Positions 11,782 to 20,410 are shown, numbered from the stretch's first letter. The stretch: 30,576 nt of DNA from an uncultured Candidatus Saccharibacteria bacterium (GCA_964573325.1 CAZNJL010000001.1:1-30576), one strand, 5' to 3'. Notes: generated by a model not told the origin, from the sequence alone. A program made the numbers and translations.

Positions 11782-12747
11782 CTACTCCCGTCCCTCCAAA
11801 AACCTCTCCAAATCAAGCGCCGCCATACAACCAAAACCCGCCGCCGTTACAGCCTGTCTGTACCTAAAATCCGCCACATCGCCGGCGACAAAAACTCCTT
11901 CCTTGGATGTATGCGTCCCGTTAAAAACCTTTACATAGCCCTTGGCATCCAAGTCTACAAATCCCTCCAGATAGTCGGTATTGGGTTTATGCCCTATGGC
12001 TACAAAAACTCCCTCAACATCAGACAACAAACTAACTTCGCCGCTTTGGTTATTTACGACCTTAACTCCTAATACCTTGTTTACCAATTCATTGGCCATA
12101 ACCTCCTGCAATTCAGTATGAAAATGGAACACGATCTTTTCATTGCTAAGCACCCGTTTCTGTATAATTTTACTGGCGCGTATCTCCTCTCGGGATTTGC
12201 GCACCAAAACATGAACTTTGGAAGCGAACCTGGTCAAAAAATTAGCCTCTTCCATTGCGGCGTCGCCTGCTCCAACAACGACAACTTCTTTGTCTCTAAA
12301 GAAGAAACCATCGCAGGTAGCGCAAGCCGAAACTCCTTTGCCACGCATGGCTTGCTCGCTTTCCAGGCCCAGCCATTTTGCAGAAGCACCTGTTGCGATG
12401 ATGATAGCGCGTGCTTTAATTTCGAAGCCATCCTCAGTAATTATTGTAAAACCTTTTTTAAAATCGCCCTTTACTCGCAGAATATTTGTATCTAACAAAT
12501 CAGTGCCAAATCTCTGTGCCTGCTTTCTAAAATTATCAATCAATTCCGGTCCCTGGATCCCATCGGGAAAGCCGGGATAGTTTTCAACCTCGCTGGTTAG
12601 GCTCAGCTGTCCTCCGGGAGGACTGCCGGCAAAACAAACTGTCTTTAATAGCGCGCGGGAGGTGTATATTGCTGCGGATAATCCTGCCGGACCGCCACCT
12701 AAAATAACGATATCGTAATTAGTGTTTGAAGTATTCGTAGTGAACAT
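11782..12747 (-). CDS. trxB: Thioredoxin-disulfide reductase
   Basis: GGGPAGLSAAIY, GGQL, IIATGA, GVSACATCDG (CxxC), VVGAGDAAMEEA, FVAGDV, QAVTAAG.GC.AA. Confidence 0.97.
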   Translation of the reverse strand: MFTTNTSNTNYDIVILGGGPAGLSAAIYTSRALLKTVCFAGSPPGGQLSLTSEVENYPGFPDGIQGPELIDNFRKQAQRFGTDLLDTNILRVKGDFKKGFTIITEDGFEIKARAIIIATGASAKWLGLESEQAMRGKGVSACATCDGFFFRDKEVVVVGAGDAAMEEANFLTRFASKVHVLVRKSREEIRASKIIQKRVLSNEKIVFHFHTELQEVMANELVNKVLGVKVVNNQSGEVSLLSDVEGVFVAIGHKPNTDYLEGFVDLDAKGYVKVFNGTHTSKEGVFVAGDVADFRYRQAVTAAGFGCMAALDLERFLEGRE

Positions 12748-12807
12748 GAAAAAAAGTATAACACGACAAAAAGAACATTCCTTTAACTCCTTTAAAAGAA
12801 ACGGCCA

Positions 12808-13584
12808 TTAAATTATTTTGGTATTTCCTCCAAATCGCCTCTCCCTACTCGCAAAATCCAGTAAAGCCTTTTCAAACTCTTCCCTACGGAAATCTGGCAT
12901 ATGCACCTGAGGAAAGTATAACTCGCTGTACACGCTTTGCCACAGCAAAAATCCGCTTAATCTTTGCTCACCGGAAGTTCTGATTATAAGGTCCGGGTAA
13001 GGGAATGGCTGATCCTTTGTGTCAAGATAATCCTTATATAAATAATAAGGATACTTTCCATTGTATTGACCGGTTTCTTTGAATAAATCGTCGGCAGTAA
13101 TTTTGCCTGACTGAATATCGACAATAATTTTTTTGGTCGCGCGGAGAATTTCATCGTGACCTCCATAGTCCAAGCAAATATTAAGGTAATACTTGGAATT
13201 GTCTTTACTTTTTTCCTCAGCTAAAATGATTTTTTCTCTTAGCTTCCGGGGGATTCCTTCTTTGCGGCCCAAGTGAGTAACTCTTGTACCCTCGGAAATA
13301 GCCTCTTCCAAATACTTGTCTGCATAGTCAGCGTAAAGATTCATTAAATAAGAAAGCTCCTCCTTGGAGCGATTCCAATTTTCGGTGGAAAAAGCCCAAA
13401 GTGTCATGGTGGAAATACCGTACTCGCGGGAGACACGGGTTACTTCACTAACCGCTTCAGACCCCCGGCGATGACCCTCCAATGCGGGTAGTCCGCGCGA
13501 TTTAGCCCATCTTCGGTTTCCATCGGGTATTATGGCAATGTGATTTGGTAAGTTTGATAGTGACAAAAGATCCGATTTTGTCAT
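12808..13584 (-). CDS. uppS: Undecaprenyl diphosphate synthase (cis-prenyltransferase)
   Basis: HIAIIPDGNRRWA, GHRRG, WAFSTENWNRS, YGGHDEI, DLIIRTSGEQRLSGFLLWQ. Confidence 0.96.
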   Translation of the reverse strand: MTKSDLLSLSNLPNHIAIIPDGNRRWAKSRGLPALEGHRRGSEAVSEVTRVSREYGISTMTLWAFSTENWNRSKEELSYLMNLYADYADKYLEEAISEGTRVTHLGRKEGIPRKLREKIILAEEKSKDNSKYYLNICLDYGGHDEILRATKKIIVDIQSGKITADDLFKETGQYNGKYPYYLYKDYLDTKDQPFPYPDLIIRTSGEQRLSGFLLWQSVYSELYFPQVHMPDFRREEFEKALLDFASRERRFGGNTKII

Positions 13585-13704
13585 ACGTAGAGTATATCAT
13601 GGGACGCTCTTTTTAAAGGAGTGGCCTCGCGAGAGGGGAGACATCGTTTTAAATTGTGCTAAAATAGCGGGGTAACCGTATGCGTACACCCATATCGCAA
13701 GCGC

Positions 13705-13781
13705 GCGAGAGTAGCTCAGATGGCTAGAGCATCTCCCTTCCAAGGAGAGGGTCGCGGGTTCGAATCCCGTCTCTCGCTCCA
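13705..13781 (+). tRNA. tRNA-Gly (TCC), CCA encoded
   Basis: Acceptor GCGAGAG/CTCTCGC, anticodon arm TCTCC-CTTCCAA-GGAGA, TTCGAAT T-loop, U73. Confidence 0.97.
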
Positions 13782-13892
13782 TTAAAATTGCTTTGCGATT
13801 TTAATGTGCCAACAAAATGTAAAACATTTTGTTGAGCCCGAAAAGTTTGTACCCAAACTTTGAGTAATGCTTATCGTTTGGACTTAGCTTAC
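13781..13892. repeat. Array of three to four adjacent hairpins filling the tRNA-Gly/tRNA-Arg spacer
   Basis: ATTAAAATTGC/GCGATTTTAAT (13781-13805), CAACAAAATGT/ACATTTTGTTG (13810-13834), AAAGTTTG/CAAACTTT (13842-13861), and a weaker stem at 13864-13892. Confidence 0.75.
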
Positions 13893-13894
13893 AG

Positions 13895-13970
13895 GCTCCA
13901 GTAGCTCAGGGGATAGAGCAGTTCCCTTCTAAGGAAAAGGTCGGGGGTTCGATTCCTCCCTGGGGCGCCA
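13895..13970 (+). tRNA. tRNA-Arg (TCT), CCA encoded
   Basis: Acceptor GCTCCAG/CTGGGGC, loop CTTCTAA, A20, G73; G27-A43 mismatch at the top of the anticodon stem. Confidence 0.95.
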
Positions 13971-14056
13971 TAAATACTCGCACAGGAGAATATTTATGAC
14001 TCAACGTAAATGCAAGCTGAAAGCAGACATTTCGTTGCGCCATGTATAATAGTCCT

Positions 14057-14446
14057 ATGAAAAACTGTATATTCTGCAAAATCGCCAACAAAGAAATACC
14101 GGCTTACATATTTTGGGAAAACGAAAACTTTATAGCGTTCCTAGACATTTTTCCTGTAATACCCGGCGCCACGGTGGTAATTTCTAAAAAGCACCATCCC
14201 AGTTACATAAAAAATACTCCCAAAGAATTGGTTGCGGACATAATGGAAGCGATGCAAGAAGTAATGGAAATACTGGACTCCAAACTGGAGGGAAACTTGC
14301 GTACTAAACTTATTTTCGAAGGGTTGGAGGTAGACCACCTCCACGCAAAACTATGGCCTATCTACAAAGGAATCAGGGAGAAAACCCCGGAAAAGTCGGC
14401 AGACGGTAAAGCTCTGGAAAAATTAGCCCAAAAATTAAGAAATTAG
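14057..14446 (+). CDS. HIT family nucleotide hydrolase
   Basis: MKNCIFCKI, FIAFLDIFP..PG.TVVI.K.H, VDHLHAKLWP (HxHxH with the third His replaced). Start moved to ATG 14057. Confidence 0.9.
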   Translation: MKNCIFCKIANKEIPAYIFWENENFIAFLDIFPVIPGATVVISKKHHPSYIKNTPKELVADIMEAMQEVMEILDSKLEGNLRTKLIFEGLEVDHLHAKLWPIYKGIREKTPEKSADGKALEKLAQKLRN

Positions 14447-14488
14447 GTATAATTACAAACGCTTTTGCGGTTAGGGTTGGGAAAACCG

Positions 14489-14575
14489 GGGCGAGTGGCG
14501 GAATGGTATACGCGATAGACTTAAAATCTGTTGAGACTTAGTCTCGTGAGGGTTCAAGTCCCTCCTCGCCCACCA
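14489..14575 (+). tRNA. tRNA-Leu (TAA), long variable arm, CCA encoded
   Basis: Acceptor GGGCGAG/CTCGCCC, loop CTTAAAA, variable arm GAGAC-TTA-GTCTC, A73. Confidence 0.96.
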
Positions 14576-14624
14576 TGGTTGTTTGTTGCTGTATCAACAT
14601 AACTTGAAATCTTTTACTTTGTAC

Positions 14625-15917
14625 CTAATAATTAATGGATACTTCGTTGTCTTTGGTATCCCCACACATAGCCAAATACCACGAATCCTTATTTAAGTAT
14701 TTTTTGCTAACCCTTTTAATATCATCCGTTGTAAGGACGTTAACTTTCGCAAGATACTCAGGTAAAGTCGTCTTCTTATCACTTTCGTATAATTCATCGT
14801 AAGCATGAAAAGAAACCCACGATGCTGATGTTTGCATTGTTCCTTTTTTGGACTTTATAGATCTGTTTTTAACAAACTCCAACTCCTCCTCGGAAACACC
14901 TCCCTCAACAAGTTTGCTCAGTTCCTCAGTAATTATGTTGAAGACTTCCTGAAGATTTTTTTTAGATACTTTTGTATTCACATCGAAAATTCCTGCGTTA
15001 GGTGACCCACCATACCTCGCGCTCACACCATACACATAACCTTTCTCATATCTAAGTAATTTTGTAAGTCTGCTTGCCCTTCCTCCACCAAGTATCTGCC
15101 CTAAAAAAATCATTGGGATAGCATCCTCGTGATAACGATTACAGACCCTAAATCCAAAGTCAATGTGTATTAAATCGTTTGTTGTATATTCCTTGATTAA
15201 TACAGCAATTTTTCTTGTGGTTGGTAGAAGCTCAAACGACCTATACTTTTTGGATTGGCGTATGGTTAATGTAGACTCCAATACCGATACTACTGAATCT
15301 ATATCTATACCTCCACTAACAACAATTACAGCCCTTCCGGTTGTAAGCATATCATTATAAAACTTAGTCAAATCGTCCCTGGTTATACTTTCTATGGTTT
15401 CCTTGCTTCCAAGAGTTGATCTGGCACAATCAGTGTCTTGATAATATAAACTTCGGCTAAGTTCCCAAAGGTATTTACCCGGATCGGACTCCTTTGAGCT
15501 CAGTTCACGTAAAATTGAACCTCTTTCTGTTTCTATAGTTTTCGGCTCAAATAGTGATTCGTTCAGCATCTCATTTAGTAACTCGACAGCCTGCGTGAGA
15601 TCTTCCGAGTCAACAATACTTATTGATATACTAAAGATACTCAAACCTGTAGATGCACCGAAACCCCCACCCAAATTCTCTACAAAAATAGCGAGAGTAT
15701 CCTTAGTTGGAAACCTTTTTGTACCTGCAACAGTCATGTGTTCCGTGAAATGGGAAACACCTTCCTTTCCTATAGGATCGAATTGAGAACCGCTTAAAAA
15801 TAAGACTTCCATTGATATTGGAGTTTTTGGCCTTTCAAACAAAATGACCTTTACACCATTAGACAGTCGCGCTTCGTGTCTTGCGACATTGAAATCGTCA
15901 AAAGTGGGAGTATACAC
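14625..15917 (-). CDS. M16 family (pitrilysin/insulinase-like) zinc peptidase
   Basis: Inverted zinc motif HFTEH, downstream ERGSILRE, C-terminal LGGGRASRL..LRYEKGYVY; GTG start. Confidence 0.9.
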   Translation of the reverse strand: MYTPTFDDFNVARHEARLSNGVKVILFERPKTPISMEVLFLSGSQFDPIGKEGVSHFTEHMTVAGTKRFPTKDTLAIFVENLGGGFGASTGLSIFSISISIVDSEDLTQAVELLNEMLNESLFEPKTIETERGSILRELSSKESDPGKYLWELSRSLYYQDTDCARSTLGSKETIESITRDDLTKFYNDMLTTGRAVIVVSGGIDIDSVVSVLESTLTIRQSKKYRSFELLPTTRKIAVLIKEYTTNDLIHIDFGFRVCNRYHEDAIPMIFLGQILGGGRASRLTKLLRYEKGYVYGVSARYGGSPNAGIFDVNTKVSKKNLQEVFNIITEELSKLVEGGVSEEELEFVKNRSIKSKKGTMQTSASWVSFHAYDELYESDKKTTLPEYLAKVNVLTTDDIKRVSKKYLNKDSWYLAMCGDTKDNEVSINY

Positions 15918-15964
15918 TCCGCTATTCTATACCTGTACTATGTTGGTGTAAATAAAACAATGCG

Positions 15965-16600
15965 TCAATCGGCCAGAATATTAATTAGGTCGTCAGGAGT
16001 AATTTGCGCTAATGAAGCATTTCTATCGCCATCGGGTGATAAATATTCCTTCCAATCGGCTAAGTGATTTTGCAATTTCTCCTCTAAAACTTCTACAGCG
16101 CGCCTCTTATTATCCGGCTGGTTTCTCGTTTCCTCATTTCTTACCGAAATATGTGTGGGTTCGTGCGTACACATAACCGCAGAGCTAACTTTATTTACGT
16201 TTTGACCGCCTGCATGGGCGCCGGATTTCATATATTTATAACTGACGTCGGGTTCAAGAATTATCACGGAGCCTTCCATAAGACAACTGTTTAACCACAA
16301 TAAATACCTTTCCCATTGCAAATCCTCATGATACGCATCCTTTGTCGGGGGAAAATCCTGCAAAAGGCCAGCTAAGCGTAGGCGAGCGTCTTCTCTACGA
16401 GCTTCTTGGGAATTCTGAACAGCGAATTTTCTAGCCCGGGAGGAGCTGCGCCTGGCTCTACGAGCATTTTTCGGTCCTTTTTGGCTATCGCCCGACCTTG
16501 GGACGTATTTTTCCGCGTAATCTTCATATTTATCGTATTTGTCAGCGGAATCTGCAGTAATACTATCCTCTCCGGCCGGGCATTCTCCATTTCTGAGCAT
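15965..16600 (-). CDS. Class I release-factor GGQ-domain protein lacking codon-recognition domains
   Basis: KSGAHAGGQNVNKVSSAVMCTHEPTHISV...RNQPDNKRRAVEVL. Start moved to ATG 16600 (TACATT 6 nt upstream). Confidence 0.8.
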   Translation of the reverse strand: MLRNGECPAGEDSITADSADKYDKYEDYAEKYVPRSGDSQKGPKNARRARRSSSRARKFAVQNSQEARREDARLRLAGLLQDFPPTKDAYHEDLQWERYLLWLNSCLMEGSVIILEPDVSYKYMKSGAHAGGQNVNKVSSAVMCTHEPTHISVRNEETRNQPDNKRRAVEVLEEKLQNHLADWKEYLSPDGDRNASLAQITPDDLINILAD

Positions 16601-16750
16601 CTTATTAATGTACACCTAATTTCGGGTATATAAAAGTTTTTGAAATCTGAAGAAGACAGCCACAATGCAGAGGAAAGCATCCCTACATTATTAATCAAAC
16701 ATCCCCTATAATAAACTTATTATGCATCTACAAAACGACAAAAGGCTATT

Positions 16751-17935
16751 ATGAAAATCTCGATTGATAAAAAGGAGGCCCTAGAAAAGCTCATCCAATG
16801 GTACAAAAACGAAAAGAAGCCACAATGTATTACGCTAGGAGGTTATGCCGGCACAGGAAAAACTACTTTAATTAGCGTCTTCAGATCCGCTATCAAAAGC
16901 ATAGATCCTGAGATAAATGTGGGATTTATAAGTTACACGGGCAAAGCCACGCGCATTCTAAAAAATAAATTGCAGGAGATGGGCGTACTGTTTCCCAAAG
17001 ACAGCATATCTACAATCCACTCGCTAATCTATTCACCAATTGTTAATTCCAAAAATGAGATTATCGGGTGGGATCGGCGCGAAGATATAGATAAAGACCT
17101 GCTTATCATAGACGAAGCCTCCATGGTAAGTGAGGATATCTGGATAGATCTGATAAGCTACAAAAAGCCGATTTTTGCGGTTGGCGACCACGGACAGCTT
17201 CCTCCAATAGGCGAAAAATTTAATCTTATGGAAAAACCAAACCTGACTTTAACTCAAATTCATCGTCAGATAAGTGATAATCCGATAATTCAAGTAGCGC
17301 AGATAGCAAGAGAAACGGGCGCAATTCCATTTGGAAAGTACGGAGAAAAAGTCCAAAAATTGGATAAGACTTCGTGGGAAACACAGGAAATTATCACTCA
17401 ACTTTTGGAAAATTATGATGAAGATACAATAATTCTATGTGGTTACAATAACACTAGAGTCAAAATAAATACTCAAATCAGGCGATTTCTGGGATATGAA
17501 ACATCGTACCCGGAACACGGCGATCGTGTCATCTGTTTAAGAAATAATCAGGCAAGGGGAATTTTCAACGGAATGCTGGGTCAAATAGTAAACATTGAGC
17601 CTTTAAACGAAAATTGGTATCACGCTAAAATAGACATGGAAGATGGTTTTACTTTTGTGGGGCCAATATCTAAGGCGCAATTTAATAGCTCACAACCTAT
17701 AAATTTTACCGAAAACCGCCGGGACACTTTAGACGGCGATCTATTTGACTTTGGATACGCGATGACGGTTCATAAGGCGCAAGGAAGTCAAGCAAAACGT
17801 GTGATTTTATTTGAGGAGCGCTTTAAGCAGATGAACGATGAAAAATGGAGAAGATGGCTATATACCGGCGTAACTAGAGCTGAAGAAGAGTTGTATATTG
17901 TCGGCGAAGGTGGAAAAGAAACGAAATACGAGTAA
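16751..17935 (+). CDS. SF1B helicase, RecD/Dda-like
   Basis: GYAGTGKT, STIH, IIDEAS, GDHGQLPP, IHRQ, FNG, YAMTVHKAQGS, LYTGVTRA. Confidence 0.92.
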   Translation: MKISIDKKEALEKLIQWYKNEKKPQCITLGGYAGTGKTTLISVFRSAIKSIDPEINVGFISYTGKATRILKNKLQEMGVLFPKDSISTIHSLIYSPIVNSKNEIIGWDRREDIDKDLLIIDEASMVSEDIWIDLISYKKPIFAVGDHGQLPPIGEKFNLMEKPNLTLTQIHRQISDNPIIQVAQIARETGAIPFGKYGEKVQKLDKTSWETQEIITQLLENYDEDTIILCGYNNTRVKINTQIRRFLGYETSYPEHGDRVICLRNNQARGIFNGMLGQIVNIEPLNENWYHAKIDMEDGFTFVGPISKAQFNSSQPINFTENRRDTLDGDLFDFGYAMTVHKAQGSQAKRVILFEERFKQMNDEKWRRWLYTGVTRAEEELYIVGEGGKETKYE

Positions 17936-17953
17936 TCGGATATAATAAGCTTT

Positions 17954-18631
17954 ATGAAATTTTTAAAAATACTGTTTGTTATGGTAATATTTGCATCCGT
18001 GGGAGGAGCGGTACTTGTAAATACCGAGATAGACGAATCTGAAAGTCAGGATAAAAAGACTCTTCCCAACGAAATTGCTAATCATAAAAACTTCAAAACT
18101 TTTCAAAAAGAGATGTCAGATGCAGGAATTGTAGTAAACCCTGACGAGATAACCCTAAAAGACCAACGGGAAATTTATAACCCGGATAGAATAAAAGTTT
18201 TCTCGCAACAAAATGAGATTAAAAAAAATGAACTGGAGGAAACAATGCAAAGCCTAAAAGATGTTAATGGAGTAACTCTCTCACCCGACCGAAATATTAT
18301 CTTAGACTACAGAAACATTAGTAAAATTGGCGCAAGCGCTAGACAGATAAGGTTGTTTGGCATCAGGAGCGAGAAGATACTCGACGCGTCATTACTGGAC
18401 TGCGCCATATCCTCTGAATGCGTTTTTTTAGACGGTTATTTTATAAACAATGATAACTTTGTGCTGCATGAAATTTCCTTGGCTCGCAAAGATCCCGACT
18501 GCGTCGCGGAAGGCACCTGCTTATACAGCATAAAAATACACCATGTAGAGTTGGCGCAAAATAGAAGGTCTTTATACGAATCCGCAGAATTTGAGGCTTC
18601 TGTTGCCGTCATAAGGCTATTAGTACAATAA
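17954..18631 (+). CDS. Membrane-anchored/exported hypothetical protein
   Basis: N-terminal hydrophobic helix, two Cys pairs, TATAAT 7 nt upstream of the ATG. Confidence 0.7.
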   Translation: MKFLKILFVMVIFASVGGAVLVNTEIDESESQDKKTLPNEIANHKNFKTFQKEMSDAGIVVNPDEITLKDQREIYNPDRIKVFSQQNEIKKNELEETMQSLKDVNGVTLSPDRNIILDYRNISKIGASARQIRLFGIRSEKILDASLLDCAISSECVFLDGYFINNDNFVLHEISLARKDPDCVAEGTCLYSIKIHHVELAQNRRSLYESAEFEASVAVIRLLVQ

Positions 18632-18722
18632 GGCTTACATAGCAGAAATTTACATAACAATGGCTAAGATGCTAAAATAACGGAGGGGTGTGATCTTGCT
18701 ACGGATATATTGGCTATTTTTC

Positions 18723-18799
18723 CGGGGTGTAGCTCAGTTGGCTAGAGCGCGCGGTTTGGATCCGTGAGGTCGCAGGTTCGAGTCCTGTCACCCCGACCA
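18723..18799 (+). tRNA. tRNA-Pro (TGG), CCA encoded, A at position 37
   Basis: C1-G72 acceptor CGGGGTG/CACCCCG, A73, anticodon arm CGCGG-TTTGGAT-CCGTG. Confidence 0.96.
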
Positions 18800-18803
18800 G
18801 AAT

Positions 18804-18828
18804 GGGCATGATATGGACCATCATGCTT
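18804..18828. terminator. Hairpin immediately downstream of tRNA-Pro
   Basis: GCATGAT/ATCATGC perfect 7-bp stem, extendable by G-U pairs; no clear T-run. Confidence 0.4.
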
Positions 18829-18929
18829 AGAATTACCTTTAATGGTTTGATAAAACCTGTCCCAGTTTTTAAACTCCCGAATCGCTATTTTGCTTGGTTT
18901 GGCTTGATAAAATAGGTTCGGCCGTACTT

Positions 18930-19721
18930 TTATTCGTTTTTTACCGCATCTTCATCCGGAAGTTGTTCTCCAGGTACTAATTCTTGAGATAATTCCTCTT
19001 TTGGTTGCTCTTTATAAAACGATACTTGAAAACTATTTTTTATAAGCTCTTCACAGAGCAAAGTTAATTCATTTATTTCTTTACCTGATAATTCGGTATA
19101 GGCTTCGAAATCAGAAAATGTGGAAGCCTGGAGAATTCCGCCAACCCTACCATCCTGAGATTTTGTCTCACTAAGACAAAAAGCCCCAAGTGTAAGTGCT
19201 TGCTCAATTGTTATATCACCTCTTAGATATAACCTATTCAATAAATAATTAGCTATAGTGGGTATCCCTGATGTTGCAAAACCTGTTGTAGTTGTTTCGG
19301 GTGCGAATTGCCTAAAACTGCTCAAACGAATTATTTTAGGATCTGAAAGTACATCATCATTATTTACAGCATAACCGCAAACAAGAACTGTAAAATCTGG
19401 AATCAATCCAGATTCAATAGATAGACCCTCAAACCAAGTTCTGTAACGTTCCATACAGAACAATCTAAACCTCTCACAAATCTCAATTACAGTTATTTTT
19501 TGATCTTCATTTACAAATTCTTTTTGAAACCCTTCGATCAAACTGACACCCATTTCACCACTTCCAGATATTCCCATCGCACAATGATCTGTTATTTTAA
19601 ATATTTTCTTAACAGTGTCATTAGACTGGGTTGCTGCTGCATTAGGATTTCCCATAGACATACGACTGTCTGTGGTTATAACAATTCCATCTTTAGCTAT
19701 TAAACCAATAATTAATGTCAT
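18930..19721 (-). CDS. Proteasome beta-subunit-like Ntn hydrolase (Thr protease) without propeptide
   Basis: After Met removal: T1, D17-S18-R19, KI motif (K33 equivalent, 5-aa insertion), SG (G47), TSG (S129-G130), D..VGG (D166 region). Confidence 0.85.
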   Translation of the reverse strand: MTLIIGLIAKDGIVITTDSRMSMGNPNAAATQSNDTVKKIFKITDHCAMGISGSGEMGVSLIEGFQKEFVNEDQKITVIEICERFRLFCMERYRTWFEGLSIESGLIPDFTVLVCGYAVNNDDVLSDPKIIRLSSFRQFAPETTTTGFATSGIPTIANYLLNRLYLRGDITIEQALTLGAFCLSETKSQDGRVGGILQASTFSDFEAYTELSGKEINELTLLCEELIKNSFQVSFYKEQPKEELSQELVPGEQLPDEDAVKNE

Positions 19722-20083
19722 TCTAGATTAATTGAAATTTGAGGTCCGGAAGGTGAAGTTAAATTGCACGAAGGAGCATAATGGCTGTGTAAAAATAATT
19801 CGGCACCGTCTCTTACTCTTCTATTCTCAACGCGAGCATACCTTACAAAACACTTATTGTTTGAAAGCATTCTTTTAATACAAATATTTGTTTCACTCTG
19901 ATTCAAGTGCTGAGACATTCTGGCATTAAGATTTTCAGCCTGGCCAACATAGAAAACGTACTTGTTACCATCTCCTGACTGATAAGACAACCTATAGACA
20001 CCAGAAGAACTTGGTATTGTAACTAGTGTGCTCAAAAGATTTAAATCTATTAACTTAGACCATTTTAGTGTCCAACTTTCCAT
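19718..20083 (-). CDS. Stand-alone GIY-YIG nuclease
   Basis: GVY...YVG motifs, catalytic R (NARMSQH), metal-binding E (GAELFL), N (PSCN); ATGA overlap with the Ntn gene. Confidence 0.85.
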   Translation of the reverse strand: MESWTLKWSKLIDLNLLSTLVTIPSSSGVYRLSYQSGDGNKYVFYVGQAENLNARMSQHLNQSETNICIKRMLSNNKCFVRYARVENRRVRDGAELFLHSHYAPSCNLTSPSGPQISINLE

Positions 20084-20089
20084 AAATAT

Positions 20090-20098
20090 ATTGTAGCA
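20090..20098 (-). promoter_or_regulatory. Extended -10 promoter (TGcTACAAT) for the GIY-YIG/Ntn operon, leaderless geometry
   Basis: Six nt separate TACAAT from the ATG at 20083, the same geometry as at many housekeeping genes here. Confidence 0.65.
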
Positions 20099-20127
20099 GT
20101 TTTATCTTTTTTGAACTGATAAAAAAT

Positions 20128-20316
20128 CTATCCAAGAGGATGTGTGTACACAGTCTTATTGTGAATATAAAGGGGTAGCTTCAGGGTTTTTATCGCTTCA
20201 AGTTTCTCCTCTCTTGTACCGTTATAAATAATGTATTTAAAATACTCTGCAAATGTTACTTTTTCTGATATGTGAATATCTTTACTCTCAGCACTGAAAT
20301 CAAAAATTTTTCCCAT
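20128..20316 (-). pseudogene. Probable C-terminal remnant of a large serine recombinase
   Basis: EYFKYIIYNGTREEKLEAIKTLKLPLYIHNK resembles, from recall, the C-termini of CPR recombinase-family proteins. An in-frame TAG lies upstream (20386-20388) and there is no catalytic domain. Confidence 0.35.
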
Positions 20317-20410
20317 ATAAACAACAATAAGATGGAAGATTATCCCAGAATAATTGAGAATAATGATAAAAACAACGACTATGTACTATCACTAAATTGA
20401 GACACCGCTG

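Noticed and set aside
13597-14091. Two 61-aa minus-strand ORFs (MERETGFEPAT..., ...QGGIEPPTFS...)
   Set aside because: These are the typical antisense translations of tRNA genes.
18930-19721. Calling the Ntn protein HslV, Anbu or PrcB
   Set aside because: It has DSR rather than the HslV GDGQ, lacks the Anbu TYC/NAGxD pattern, has no propeptide, and has no hslU, prcA, arc or transglutaminase neighbour.
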